Source of the DNA: Lama glama
Lineage: Eukaryota
Length of the DNA: 64,000 nucleotides
Direction of reading: 5' to 3'
Assembly: GCA_028534125.1 (NCBI GenBank)
Contig: CM052817.1
Span: 86,306,001 to 86,370,000 of the forward strand
The position numbers and the translations under genes were made by a program. The notes beneath the pieces are model-generated. The model searched no databases. It saw only the letters and a list, made by a program, of their open reading frames with translations, and was not told where the DNA came from. Positions 1-14,274 of this stretch are shown one piece after another (position 1 is the first letter of the stretch; each line of letters begins with the position of its first letter).

Positions 1-752
1 GGCAAGAAGAAATGACAAGTAACACCCATAACATAAACTAAACTTAAATCATAGGGTATCTGGCAGGTGTGTATACTTTTAGTGTCCTAGAAAGCAAAGT
101 GGAATGAAAAATTCTTTAATTGAATATATTTTACAAAGACAGAATAGATGAGTAGATTTTATATTTTATGCTTGTTCCAGTATAATTTATTTGCTAAAAT
201 ACATTGAAAAATGTTACATTCAATATATTACATTGAAAAAAATAGTGAATAGAAAAAAAATGCTAGCTTGACAGAAGTGCTGAAGTTACTGTAAATCTCA
301 AGTATTGCCTTATGAAACCCCAATTAACCTAGGTCACATAGGAGAGGTGAAGAAAAGGCATACTGATACTTTATTTTTGTCTTTTCTCTTGGCCTGGATC
401 TTCTTTTTCTACTGCTCTCTCAGGAGAATCTGTCCCTTGCAACAGTCACAATTGTATTCTTCTGTTTTTACTCAGTTATTGTTAGTGTTATGGTAATGGT
501 GGGGTGTGTGTGTGTGTGTTGGTGTTTTCTCAGTATTAGGCAGGCACTGTGACCTGTGTCTTGGAGGTGTGGCCTTCACAGATGTTTCACACTTCCTCTA
601 AATGTAAAGATTATTTTAGCATGTACTTCTATTCCTTCACCAGTGATAGAGCTATTTTGCTGTTGTTGTTTTTCCTTGTCTCCTTTGCCTAACTGCAGAG
701 GGTTTACACTGATACCCTCAGGCTGGAAGCCAAGAATGTTGTTGTTCTTCCC

Positions 753-2036
753 TGTGATATTTATTATGTGTCAACATGATCAGGCCACGGGGAGCCCAGA
801 TATTTGGTCAAACATTGTTCTGTTTGTGTCTACGAGGTATTTTTTTGAATGAGATTAACTATTGAATTTATAGAATGAGTAAAGCAGGTTGTTCTTAATG
901 TCTGTGGCCCTTTCCCAATCAATAGAAGGTCTAAATTGAACAAAAAGTTTGACCCTCTTGTAAATAAGAGTGAACTCCTCTTTCCTGAGTATTTGAACTA
1001 GGACATCAATCTCTTCCTGCTTTTGGACTCAAGTTAAAACATTTGACTTTCTTGGTCTCCAGCCTCCTGGCTTCTAGACTGCAATGTACACCATCAGCTG
1101 TCCTGATTCTCAGGCCTTCAGCTTAGTCTGGAAAATATCATCAGCCCTCCTGGCTCTCTAGCTTGCCAGCTTCGGACTTTGGGAACTCTCAGCCTCCACG
1201 ATTTTTTTTTTTAATTGATGTATAGTTGATTTGCAATGTTTCAGGTGTACAGCAAAGTGATTCATATATATATATATACACATATATATGTATATACACA
1301 CACACATACATAGACACGTATTTATATTCTTTTTCAAATTCTTTTCCATTATAGGTTATTACATGGTAATGAATATAGTTCCCTGTGCTATACACTAAGT
1401 CCTTGCTGCTTATCTGTTTTATACATAGTAGTTTATATCTGCTAATCCCAAATTCTCTTTTCCCCTTTGGTAATCGTAAGTTTTTCTTCTATGTCTGTGA
1501 GTCTATTTCTGTTTTGTAAATAAGTTAATTTGTATTGTTTTTCTTATATTCCACATGTAAGTGATATCATATGATGTTTGCAATGTTTATCTTTCTCTAT
1601 ATGACTTATTTCACCTAGTGCGATAACCTCTAGGTCCAGTCATGTTACTGCAAATTACATTACTTCATTTTTTATGGCTGAGTAATAGTCTCAGCCATAA
1701 AATATATGTAATATATATATATAACAACTTCTTTATCCACTCATCTGTTGATGGATATTTTGGTTATTTTGGTTATTTCTATGTCCTGACTCATAAATAA
1801 TGCTGTCATGAACACTGGGGTGCACATGTATTTTCAAATTAGAGTTTTCATCTTTTCTGTATATGTGCTGAGGAGTGGGAATGCTAGATCATTTTTTGGT
1901 CTTTTAAGGAATCTCCATACTATTTTTCATAGTTCAGCCTCCATAACTGCATGAGTAAATTCCTCATAATAAGTCCCTTCCTATATGCATATATATGAGG
2001 TTGTTTCTGTTTCTCTGGAGAACTGTGTCTGATACA
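753..2036 (+). mobile_element. MLT2-family (ERVL) solo LTR, split by an L1 insertion
   Basis: Starts TGTGAT...TATGTGTCAAC...CCCAGATATTTGGTCAAACATT and ends TTCTGTTTCTCTGGAGAAC...GATACA, as in recalled MLT2 consensus. The sequence resumes in register after 1934. Confidence 0.85.
1202..1933 (-). mobile_element. 5'-truncated LINE-1 3' end (artiodactyl-type) nested in MLT2
   Basis: Poly-T at 1202-1212, then L1 3'UTR/ORF2-end antisense (ATTCCACATGTAAGTGATATCATATG, TTTATCCACTCATCTGTTGATGGA). Flanking repeat TCAGCCTCCA at 1189-1198 and 1934-1943. Confidence 0.9.
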
Positions 2037-2374
2037 GTGGATTGAGGCTTTTGTTCCATATGAGAGATACATAAGATGTATCTGGGTGGAGTTTCTGTAG
2101 TAGTGCTGCTGTTCTTTCCCATTCAGGCCAGGGAGGTGGCTTCTCAGAACTTCCCCCTAACATTCCCTTAAGTTTCTAGTGAAGTTTTTGGAAGAACAGT
2201 CTGTAAGAACTTGTGAGCACTCAGTGTCAGCAGTTCCTAGTGACACCCCAATGCTGATCTACTGGCCATTAGTAATTCATTTTAAATCCTAATTTCATCT
2301 TCTTATTGGTGTATGGCATTTGGTAGTGTCTGTTTCAGTTAAGCAATTGTTTAGGTCCTGTATCTAAACCTGAA

Positions 2375-3260
2375 TATTCTGTAGACACTTCAAATGTAAT
2401 GTGTCCATAATGAAATCATTTTATTTCTCTTTATCTCCACAAAATTTTCTTTGACTGCTCATCCCTATCTATATAAATGGCATCACTCTGCACCCAGAGG
2501 TCCAAGGTAAAAATATTGTACCAATGGTTGATACCTCTCTTTCCCATAATCTATTACCCAGACTCACTGAAAAACATATGTATTCTTCCTGTACTACATT
2601 AGGGAATATACTTCTAATCCACTTTCCTTCTTTCTCTATTTTACTCCCTTAGTTCCTGTTGTCATCATCTCTCTCCTCCAAAATCCTCCTTACTTTTATC
2701 TTCATCTGTTAAAATATATTCCTCCATTCAAAACATAAATCATGCCATTCCATGCTCAAAACCTTTCAGTGACTTTGCCTTACACTTAGAATAAAATTTA
2801 AACTCCTAATCAAGTACAACTAGGTCCTAAACCATTTCCCACATCTGATCACTTATCAAGCCATTCTGTTCCTCATACTATACACCATGAACTCAAGCCT
2901 CAAGGTCCATCTGGTCCTTCTTCTCTTTCCTGAAATATTTCATCATTACTTCTCCTATGGACATTTGCACTTAAGTTTTGTCTTCATGTATTTGTATGAC
3001 CATTTCCCCCCTTATCTTTGGGATCTCAACTTAGATATTTCCTTCAAAACCTTTCCAGATGACCCTGTCTAGGGTTCTGCTTCTATCACAGTCACCCTTT
3101 ATCTATCACATCAGTTTTATTATCTTCACAACACGTAATCCACTTAAAAACCAATTTATATTTTTTGTTTGCTGTGGGTTGTTGCTTTCTACCTCTGAAA
3201 TACAGGCTTTGTGAAAGAAGAAATTATTCTATTACTTTTGAACTACACTAGCCAATCAAT
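2375..3260 (+). mobile_element. Old LINE-2 3' fragment
   Basis: L2-like motifs AATGGCATCACT..CACCCAG, CTCAAAACCTTTCAGTGACT, CTTAGAATAAAATTTAAACTCCT, ACATTTGCACTT; boundaries approximate. Confidence 0.7.
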
Positions 3261-6034
3261 AAATAGACTAAAGGCATGTTTTCAATGTGCTGGAAACTAG
3301 GCATTTCTGAATAAGTAATTAAAATATAAAATAAGTTGTAATATGAGACTCTTCTAGATGCCCTAATACTGGCTACTATGACTCTAAGCTAAAATTTAAC
3401 TGCTGCTAAGGGCCACATTTTCTAAAGGGAATTGAAAACAATTGGTTAGCAGATCCCCAACCACCAGTTCAACTCCTTCTTTTACTTACACCCAAATAAA
3501 AAGCAGAAAAAAGGAAAAGTAGAAAAAAAATGTGAGGAAAATACACAAGCGAAGTGAAGAGGCTCAAAGAAAATATTTATAGAGACTGGGGTGCCTGAAC
3601 AAAGGAGAATGTGATGTCAGACACTGAGATTTGAAGGCTGTACATGTAGAGGATCGGCTAAATTGAGATTAATGCCTGTTTGAGCGCAGAGAGAGCTGAG
3701 GAGAAAGATTAGGGAAAGTAAATGTTTCAGAAGTGGAGAAAAATGCATTCTCACCATTTGATTTTGTTTGACAAGGATGAGTATATTTCTAGGAATGCCA
3801 TGGAATTCAGTGGCGTTTGAGCTGTCTTAGATGTTGCTCATCAAAAAAAAAAAAAGGAGAGAGATAAAACTTCCCAGGCAAAACTGTGCAATGTACTTCT
3901 GCAATTGGAGCTAAGAAAGGAAAGGAAGGGCAAAAATACATTGAATCTAAACAGATAATACTTCTTAAAACTGTTGAGCAAGGATATCCCCTCCACAGTT
4001 CTCTGAGAAATTTATACTTGTGTATTCAAAGTCATCTGGTCATTGGGCATTTTCTACACAACAGGTACCTGACAGAGGCCGGCCAACCTTGCCTAGATAC
4101 TCAGAGACTTCCTCAGGGAGTATATTTGTTTACTAAGGGATACTTGTTTCCTTCTTCCCTCCTTTGGCTCCCAACACACTGGAGATCAGAAAGTCCAATG
4201 AAGGACGGAGAGATATCCACATTTCATTTCTCCTCAAAATTGCTTGACAAGAACAGCACTGATAGTAGTAAAGGAGGGAGAGCTTTTAATTAAAAATGGG
4301 ATTAAAGTTTTAATTTTTTTTTAAATGCTTGACAGTGGCTTGAAATCATGGAATCTGCTGTGCAAGATGATGTGAAAAGCAGAGAAAGGCTCTTTGATAG
4401 ATGTTTTAAACTAGTGATTGAGAAATAGTTACCCAATTCATACATATAGCACTCCAAATCAAACTGTTTAATAAACTGATTATATGTCCTTGGTATGAAA
4501 CAAAAATATATATTATACCTAGTTGATGGACTGTATCTATCTCATTATTATTATTTGACTCTGATTCTGCACATTTCTTCAACCTAAAACTCTGGTGATT
4601 CCTACTTGCAAATGCAGCCATTGTTTTAACTTCAGGATCAACTCTGATTTTAAGCAGAGTTTAAAAAAAATGTAACCAAATAATTATTACTAGGTCATCT
4701 TTGTGTGTGATAACTAAGAATCATCACCTTATGGGTCTGAGTCTGTAAGTTTTTATTATATTATTTTCTCCATATTTCATTAGGCCATCAGAATCTTTTT
4801 TTTCACATGGAAACCCTGCCCTGTTTTCTCCATCTAGTGAATTCCTTACAGTTATGATTCTCTTAGGAAGAAATGTTTGCCTTAATTAAACTCAAATCAA
4901 ATATCCTCTCCTCTTGCTGTTTATTAGTAAGTCATTGTGTAGGATAAATACATTCTATTTCTTTACTTGGCTCTGAGGATCTGGTTTTTTTATCCCATAC
5001 CTCTCCCAAGCCTACTTTGCATTGCTGTAGGTGGTACACTGTACAAAGGAGCTTCTGCTAAGGTTTTTCATCTATTTGCATAATAAATATCTTAATTATT
5101 TTGAAATTGGTTTACTTATGTAATCTAGCTGATTCTAAATATGAGTGATTTACATAGCTATTATAATAAATTTTCAGCAGATATTAGTGTCATTGTAACC
5201 AAAATCAACATTTTATAATGTTTTTCTCTCAGATGGAAGTCAAGTATATTATCCTAGTTTAGTCAGTGTATTATTCTGCAGCTTTGACTTGCAATGGAAG
5301 AACACATTTACAAATCAAGAACACTAAGTCATCTAATAGCATGCTAAATAAAAACCTGCTTTCTCAACTGATACATTGACAGGGAAACGTTTAAAAACTC
5401 TTTAAAATCCTGTTTATTAGTCTTCCATTTGAGTTAGATATTTATAAGGCATTTCTTGTCATCTACTGTGTTTAAAGTCTCAGCAGAATATAGCTGAAAT
5501 TTTGATTTAAATCTACAACTACTTTTACTGTGATATGAATCACAAAGTAGTAATTAATATTTATTCTCCATTAAAAGACAAAAGTAATTATTATAAAAAC
5601 TTAATCAGAGATCATTGTGCAATGAACCACTGACCACAACAATTATCCATTTGCTGCTATGGACACTGTGACAGTACAAAATGTAACTGCTGTTAAAATT
5701 TAGTACATGGTTTTATACTATTTTTATATGTTATGAATTCTATAATTAAATATTAAGGGGTTTATTATTTCTCCTCAGAAGTTATAAAAAATTTAAAATT
5801 GAATGATAAGGACAAAAAAAGAAGCAAAGGATATCAGAAAATAAAATTAAGTAATTTGTATCACTGAATACCTATGTTTTAGGGGAAAAAAAGTGGATGG
5901 ATAAAGTAGAAGGGAAGAGAAAACCCTGTAACTAAGATTTACACCAATTTCTTACAGATGATTTTTAGTTCTGGGTCAGCCACACTTAATGAATTCCCAG
6001 AAAAACTGGATATTTTAAAAATAATAAAATTCAC

Positions 6035-6435
6035 TTGGAATGTCAAGACAGCTTGAAAATTCCCTTCTAAGACAACTCACTCACAGGACTGGTGTTGATG
6101 CTTGGGGCCTGGACTTAGCCGGTGGCTTCACCTGAATCATTTATACAGATGACTTGTGCTTCTCACACCTTGGTGGCTTGGTTTTGAGAGAGAACATCTC
6201 ATAGCAAACATTCCAAGAAAGAATAGCAGGTGGTCAGGTTCTAATAAGGGGTAGATTCATAACTGACACTCAAGGAAAGTGATACTTTCTTCATATTCTA
6301 TTGACTAAAACAGTCAAAGAGCCATCCACCATCAACACAAGAGGCAAGACAAGTCACTTCATGATGGAGAGATATAAATTCTCTTTCCTTGAGGGTAGTA
6401 ACCAAAAATGTGTGGTCATCTTTGTTCCTACTCAC
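6035..6435 (-). mobile_element. MLT1-like (MaLR) LTR fragment
   Basis: CTCACTCACAGGACTGG...TTGGTGGCTTGG...ATATTCTATTGACTAAAACAGTCA resembles old MLT1 LTRs; degenerate. Confidence 0.5.
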
Positions 6436-9244
6436 CTACTGTGCATCCATTTATGGTACCAAACTATATCTTAACATTATTTATTTTATTATTACAGGAA
6501 TCAATATTGCCTTTAAAGACAGGCTCACAAAAATAAAATAACGTTTTCATTCTAAATGTCTTGGAATTTTAAAAAAAAGTATAATAATTTTAGCTTCAGC
6601 AGCCATATAAAATTCTTAAAATTGAATCTGATGAACATAATAAATAATATGCTATTGATGGAACATCAATGTCTAAGAAGATTCAAAATGTTGGGTTTAT
6701 TTTTTCCTCAAATTTAGAGTAATTCTCATTGAAGCATTGGAATGTATTTTACCCAATGATTTACTGGGTACATTTTCATTGTTTTCAGAATATATTCACC
6801 TGCACTAATAACAGTTGTAAGAAGATAATGTAAACTTTTAAATTAACATTCCTTAAAACCACTTAATCCCTATAGTTGCATTTGAAATGGAAAGCATAGC
6901 AATAATTGTTATGAAAAATGAAAAATAGAATAAGCAGTCATAAAATACAATTTTCATGAATGTGAAGTGTGGAATGGGTTTATTACAAATTATTTTCTAG
7001 TGAATTTGAGCCCCTAATTAATTTGATTAAAATTATAATTTTCTATTATTATATATTCAATAATTAGATGGGTATAGCATATAATGAGTTAGTGGTTGTA
7101 TTTATTTTTATTGAGAAGTAAATTGTATACTAACTTAATTTTTTTTATTTCTAAAAAGGATTGCCTTTTTTCTAATTCACATAAATGTAGCTTAGTACTT
7201 ATATAGCCCTGTCAATCTGCTTTGTCAGGCTAAAATTTTCAATTCATGTTCAGTCATTCTTTGAAGAAAAATGAAGCAATACTGTTTATGAACAATATAT
7301 TCTTAATGCTAGATGAATTGCACAGTTGATGGATATGGATGTCAACTCTTTCATAAACAACAAAGCTGCACAAAAATAAAAAGGCTGAATACCACATCAT
7401 CAGCCCCTCTAGAACACATTGGCAGAAAAAACAAATGGTGTTTTCCAGAGTAAGTGCTGTTGGGCAAATTTGTATATTGTTTCCCAAGGTGAGTAGCATC
7501 AGGGATATATTTTTAAAGGAAGGGATTAATTTCACCCAATAACGTAAAAAAGATTACCCAAGAATAAAGTCAGTGTGGGTGAAATGGCATAAAAAGGATA
7601 TTAACCTGATATTCTAATCCTTACCACCGCTCTTAGATACACTTTCTAGGAGACATTTACATACTCCAGGCTTTATAATGGCGTAGTTAAGACCGAAGTT
7701 ACATCTCAGTTTATTTAAGCTTATAAAATAAATGCTTTTAAAAAAATCAAATTAGAGGACATTGTTTCTTTAGCATATTTGTTTAAAAGCTAAGAAAAAA
7801 ATTAAAAGATCTAGAGTAGTATCATGAATTATTGCCTCAAAGTATATTTCTCCTTTGTCATTTTAATACTGTTTCTGTATATTAGTTGTTTCTCATTCTG
7901 TTCAACATCCTCATTTTGAGGAATAAATGATCTAGCAAATACCAAATTAATATTGTAATTCTAATTAATTCATTTTACTCAAGGAACTGAGATGAATTAG
8001 AATATGACAATTCCATGGGCATGCCAAAATTATATATTTTAAATTCATTTTGAAATGTATTTATTATTATAAATTATTTGGATATAAAACTTAAACTTAC
8101 AGCTCCGTATGCAATTTTTCATGTGACTGAGTGATCTGATTTACTCTTAAGGTCTCAGACTACTTTGTCAATTCTTCAGAGATTCTGTACCTTACTGTCC
8201 AGTTCTAAGGACTAACCCTCTTCCCTCATTCTCAGCATTGTACACCCTGTTGTTTTTCTTTAGAATCCTAATAAAACCTCTAGTTATGTTTTCCTATAGC
8301 TATATGTTTTTATTCATGTAGTAATCTATTAGTTAATTTATTTAGACATAAATCTAAACTTGACAGGCTTGATTTAATTATTCCCATTACTGGTAAGTAA
8401 ATAAGTATGTCTGAATCCTATATAATATGATCGGGATCTTCCAGTTTCAGTAGTGGAGCTGAGACTCATAGCCAGGTTGATTTTTCAAGTCCAGTGTTCT
8501 TTTTACCATATTGACCTTCCTTACATGAGATTATAACTTAAATCTTTAAAAAAAAAATTCCTAATGGGTAACTGATTGCCTACCAAATATCTTTCACTAA
8601 GCATTGGTCTGGATAATTGAAACTTAAGTTATTAAGCTTATGATCTAGTAAAATGAATACTCTATTCTATGCTAATTTTCTACTTTTAATTCACTTGAAA
8701 AGGCTGCTTCCTATTAAATCACCTGACTCTTGTTAGAAATTATAAATAAAATTAGGTCCATTTAAACATCACACTCACAGAATCAATATTAAAGGAGAAA
8801 ATAGAAGTCATTATTGCCATTGACACCAATTAATCCTTATTAAACATCCACAGAGCTCCTGGCACTCAACAGCATGCCGAAGAAAATATATGTAGTGAAA
8901 AGTCTTTGAATTAATTAAACTGTAGTCCATAAAACTAAACATTGTAAAATATGAAGTAGTATCATGGAAAGATTGTCATGCTCAATTTAGGTCTAGAATT
9001 GAGAGAAAGTGAAACACTTTGAAAAATACAAGTATTTTTTCCAATAGAATTTTTTTCATAATTCAAGTAAATCTTGTGTCAAAATTTATCATTGGATTAT
9101 GTATTTTATGAATGTGTGTAGTTAAAAGATAGATATTTGAACCAAATAAAACATTGCCTGTCAACTTTAATTTGAAGTTGGTACATCAAAAAATTTATAT
9201 TATGCTGAAAATTATAGTAACTGTTAAGTCATATAAAATAATAG

Positions 9245-9420
9245 CTATGAACCTTGTGAATCAGATGAAAATTTAAGTTCTGCTTTTCCAGTTACTCAGT
9301 GTGTCTTAGTTTTATTTTACACATCTGTAAAATAGTATACATAATAATACTTATTTCATATGGATATTAATCAGATTTAACTATGTACAAAATGGTACTT
9401 AGCCGTTTGTGTTTGGTAAT
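9245..9420 (+). mobile_element. MIR SINE fragment
   Basis: Core-like CATCTGTAAAATAG...ATAATAATACTTATTTCATA. Confidence 0.6.
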
Positions 9421-9760
9421 GAGTGTCTGTATACCTTACTTACTGTTTTCATTTTTCAATAGCTGTTCAAACTGAACTTAACCGGAAATTATATGCTTAC
9501 TCTTAACCTTATCATTTTAAATGAATAGAGAATAATCATAGGTTTATTTTTGTTACTGTTTGTTTCTATTTGGTTTTGAAATTAAAGTCACGTTGATTCA
9601 GATGATAATTTTATTTACTAGTTTTTGCTATTTAAGCAGTCTAAGAAAATGTTTAAATGGATTGTTTTAATTTCATTTATTGTGACTGACCCCACAAATA
9701 TCCTTTTAATTCATTGCTTTTAATTTTTGTTACTGGCTTGCTCATATTTTTTCTGTAAAC

Positions 9761-9925
9761 TGTGACAGATTTTATTTTTCAAATTATAACCACATCATCA
9801 TATTTTATTCCTTCTTACAATGTGACATTCACACTGCTTTGCTGAGAGATGAGTCTAATCTCCTCCAAGTCTGGGTGTGGGGCTTGGTGACTTGCTGTTG
9901 AATAGAATGTAGTGGAAGATGAGGC
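9761..9925 (+). mobile_element. MLT1E/F-like LTR 5' fragment
   Basis: TGTGACAGATTTTATTTTTCAAA...CTTCTTACAATGTGAC...GTGACTTGCTG..AATAGAATGTAGTGGAAG matches the recalled MLT1E-G start. Confidence 0.65.
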
Positions 9926-12869
9926 CATGAAAGGAAAGTCAGCTTTCATGTAAGGTATTGTAGAAGAAGTAATATTTACTTGTGCTATTAAAATAAATAG
10001 GAATTGAAAACACAGATGGGAAGGAGAACAGTTTTTTTTTCTTGTTTCTGTTCACAGAAAAAATCAATATGAGTTAAGATAAATATGTGAAAAAATGGTG
10101 AATCAAGTATGAGTAATAGAAATTTAAATAGCATAATATAATACCATAGGGTTTATGAAAAGACTCAATGAGGCTAGGATTTGAAGTGTAGTTGGTCAAC
10201 AACTGTGAATGTTTTTGAAAATAAATACTTGAGATTCCATTTAAGTCTGTATGTAAAGGAAAATAATAGTTTAAGAAGAAGGGAATAACATTATTAGATT
10301 AGGATTTTGTAGAAAACAAACAGTAAAATGTAATGCATACATTGGTGGAAGTTAGCAGTTGGAAAATAGATTCAAAGCATATCAGCATTCCAGTTTGGTT
10401 TTTTTTTTTTTCAGCTTTAAGGAAATAGGGTTCCAAAGAGGTAAAATTACTGCAACTATAGTGAAGGGGGAATTAAGAGAGATATTAGAGAGGAAAAGCC
10501 AGAAAGAGCATTTATGTGGCTCACAAAAGTTTTTTCTTTCCATAAAAAAACTTGACATTTCCAAAAGAGTATACAAAGTGAAAGTTAATATACTTACAGT
10601 GTTTTTGTTTATGAAGTATTTTTAAAAAACTTCTATTGTGGTGCTTCCATAAAATGTTCTAAAATGCATGAAGCAGAGAAGATAATTTCTGAAATATGAT
10701 TGATATTATAGACTCCATGAAATATAAACTGTGTAATATATATATGCCTAAACATACTTAAAGTATTTAAGTTTAAATAGATTTATTTGTTCCCTGTATA
10801 AAATAATTTATAGCTCATAACTTAGCATATTCTCCATATATCTTTACATAAAATGATATAACAAGAATGGTAAGTTAACAAAACTGTAAGACAAACAATA
10901 CTTCAAATAAGAAGTGTTCTGCAAAATTACAAAATCCATGATTAAAGTACAGAAAATTTGTTTTTCAAAGAAATCTAAAGATGTATTACCCTTCGCCTAT
11001 TCAAGATTTCTATCTCTTTCTCTTTTGTAATAGAATGTATTTCTATTAATCACTTCATCTATCATGTCAAAATTTATTCTTAATTTTTATTATACATGTA
11101 AAATATAATATCTCTCAAATATATTATATAAATATATATTATATAAATATATAAATATATATTATAAAAATATATCCGCATTATTCTTTAAAGTATTCTT
11201 ATTGTGTTTTGATTTTATTAGAGTGAGTTTTAGTCAGGTTCAATCATTTAAGTTTTAAAATACACTTCCATAAGAACTTTCATTAAATAAAAACTCTCAA
11301 AGAGAATCCTTATTTTAATTAGTAGAAGAATACTGCATCTTAGCTGAATATTTCAATGTACAGTAAACATGTTTTCCTCGAGTAATTGTTTGGTGTTTCT
11401 ATTTTCTCTTCATCACCATTGCTAAGCAAAATAATAACAGCATTGAATTAGTGTTTATCTCCTCATAGTACTCTCATAGGAGGCTGAATAAAGTGAATAC
11501 AATATTTATGATTCCTGTCTTCTGAAAAAAATTTAATATAAGCAAAACTATTGTGAAAATATGTGTCTGAACACACAGAAAAAGGTTAAAATTAACCTTA
11601 GTGTTTATATGAAATGCCAATAGCTGAACTAATATTATTTTGAGGAAACTGGGTAGAAACAGGCTGCTTGCTATTTCTGTATTAATCTTGTTCTTAGTTA
11701 TTGGCTGTTGTTTGAACTTTGTTCATAAGGAAAAATTACTCCACTTTACTGAGTCAGTAACATAAACCCTGTATTGTCTACTCTCTGCTGCTCAGCAGTT
11801 TTGGACAAACTTTTGGTTTTTTGCTTTCTTTTTCTTTTGATTAATGAATCTCAGTCGATTTATCTTCTAATTTGAGTCATCATTTGTGTTTCCTATTAAT
11901 ACATTCCTGCCAGATACTGTGATAATACTCTTTATGTTTAGTACAGATAATACTTGTGACGTCTGACTTGTTGTCTCTGTGTCTAACTTCTTCCGTGTTA
12001 TAGCTCTGGTTTCTCTCAAGAAGGCTGAACGGTTTATGGAGTTCTTGGGTTCAGAAAAAATAGGCTCAGAATTATATAATTACTTACAGGTTTCAAGGTT
12101 TTGTTAGATGATAAAATATGAGATAGAAGGAGATTGATAGACTGGAAGAGATGAATTCTCCATTCCCTTGGAAAACACTAGTCTGAGGTAATCCAGTATG
12201 CAGGTATTCTATAGTTTTTCCATTTTAGAATGAAAAAAAATTGACTTTTACATAGAAGGAATAAAAAAAATCAATGCATATCTTTGTATTCCCAACAAAT
12301 GTCCTTGAGAAGATACAAAGATGATAGTTTTATAGTAGCATGCCTATTAAAATTTTAAGTGGAGGAATAATGGTCAAAGTAACAGATCAAATTTAGGGGA
12401 GTATTATTTTTATAATTATTGGGAGAGAGATTAGGATAGATATGTGTTCAATAAAGAGAGTTGTAGCCAACAATATTTCTAGAGTAGAAGAGATTTAGGG
12501 TGACAAAATATATAGATAAAATTTATATTATAAAAGAAGTTTTGAATTTAAAATATCTTTTTAGTTATTTAATGATCATGTATTTTAAGATAGTGATCTC
12601 TTGAGTTTAGATTGTGAAAAAAATTATAAGTTTTATATATGTTAGCAATTTATTATGAAAATTAAGTTTTGTTTTCTTTTTTACTAAATGCAGTGTTGTG
12701 AATTCTATTGTCTGCCAATACTTAGATTATTAGTGATATATCTCTTTAGAATTGAATAATATACCACAGTTTCAAGGTTTTGTAAGCCCACTCAGAGTAT
12801 TTTAAATTGCATATTTCTAAAAGCTTATGAGAGTCTCTTTGAGAAGTGGATTCATAGAATTCAGTATAT

Positions 12870-14157
12870 TCTGAAAAGGTTCTGCTTAAAATTTAAATTT
12901 AGACAGATGCTTTAAAAAATTTCTTGAAAAATTATAAGGGGATAGTGTTATCCTTGAATTATTTAAAATAAAATGAAATTTTTTAAAAGGAAAGAAAATA
13001 CCCCCAAAATGTAAAAGACATTTTAAAAAATTAGAGCTACAAAATATATCAACATAAATTTCTGGTTTCTGACAAAATAGAATTTCAAGAGACAAGCATG
13101 ACAGTTACAGAGAGGGAAATGTGAAAACAAATAAACAAGGTTATAATATAACCTACAGTGTAAATAACAAAATTGATTTAAAATTTGTTGGGCAAAAACT
13201 GACAAAATAACACAAAGAACCAACTGAGTCAAATCTTGTAAAAGCTGTTACTTCAACAAACAAAACAAATAGTGAACCTGTAGGATTTCTGAGTAAGATT
13301 ATTGGAAAGAATCATTTGTGTATGAACATAAATCTTATTTCCACATATTATTTTTAACTTGTATATTATTTGTAAGCCATCTAGTAAATGTACATGTATT
13401 GACAGGATAGTAGGGTTTATAGAAAGAAAACAAATTTCAAAAAATTGAGGTCAGACTTACTTTCAGAATATAAGATAAAATTTAAATAATAAAAAACAGA
13501 AAAATAACTAATATTACTGAATATTTGGAAAATGAAAACTTACCATTCAGTAAACTATGTCAAAGGAGAAATCACATCATTATAGTAAATATTATGATAC
13601 ATTTGTAACTAAATGAAAAGAATACTACACATTATAATTTGTAAGGTACAGATACAGTATCACTCAGAAGGAACTTAAAGGCAATTATTGAAAAACATAT
13701 TTAAAAAAATAAATTAGCTAAAGTTTAAAGCAAAAAAATAAAGTGAAATATTTAAATATGTAAAATAAAGGGATTTTACTTAAATAAATAAAAGATGAAA
13801 AGAAAAAAAGAGAAGTGATCAATAAAGCCAAAAGTGTATTACTTGCAATGACTAATAAAATAAACAACACATTTGACAAGTATGCATGGGACAAAAAGGA
13901 ATAAGATCAAGGAAGCACTATTAGGAATGAGAATGGGTTTATAATTGTAATATTCAGAATAGGAATATCAGATATTAAGAAATCCCAGAAATACCAAGAA
14001 AACAAAATGAAACGCAACTTCATATTAATCATTTTGTTAAAAAATTATAGTAAACACAAGTGGGAGTATGAAAAATGATAAGAGTTTAATTTAGTACAAC
14101 CTCTTTTGAAAGCATCTGCAATTAATAGGAAAATGGAAAGTTCATATACCTTAAGAC
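12870..14157 (+). mobile_element. Ancient, highly degenerate L1 (L1M-type) ORF2 fragments
   Basis: A-rich strand bias; L1 ORF2-like stretches (AAATGAAAAGAATACTACACATTATAATTTGTAAGG, GATCAATAAAGCCAAAAG, ATAAAATAAACAACAC). Confidence 0.55.
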
Positions 14158-14173
14158 CAGACATTTGTATTCT

Positions 14174-14253
14174 TTTTTTGTATATATATATTTTTTATTA
14201 AAGTATAGTCAGTTTACAAAGTTGTGTCAATTTCTGGTATAGAGCGTAGTACT
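14174..14253 (-). mobile_element. ~80-bp extremely 5'-truncated L1 insertion with 16-bp TSD
   Basis: T/TA-rich tail, then TTATTAAAGTATAGTCAGTTTACAAAGTTGTGTCAATTTCTGGT (L1 3' terminus, antisense). Flanked by CAGACATTTGTATTCT (14158-14173) and CAGACAATTGTATTCT (14254-14269). Confidence 0.85.
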
Positions 14254-14274
14254 CAGACAATTGTATTCTGAAGA

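Noticed and set aside
3886..4293. 135-aa ORF
   Set aside because: GTG start, no recognisable domain and no clear splice context; within chance expectation for 64 kb.
11115..11175. AT-only repeat ATATATTATATAA as a special structural element
   Set aside because: Common degenerate (TA)n low-complexity sequence.
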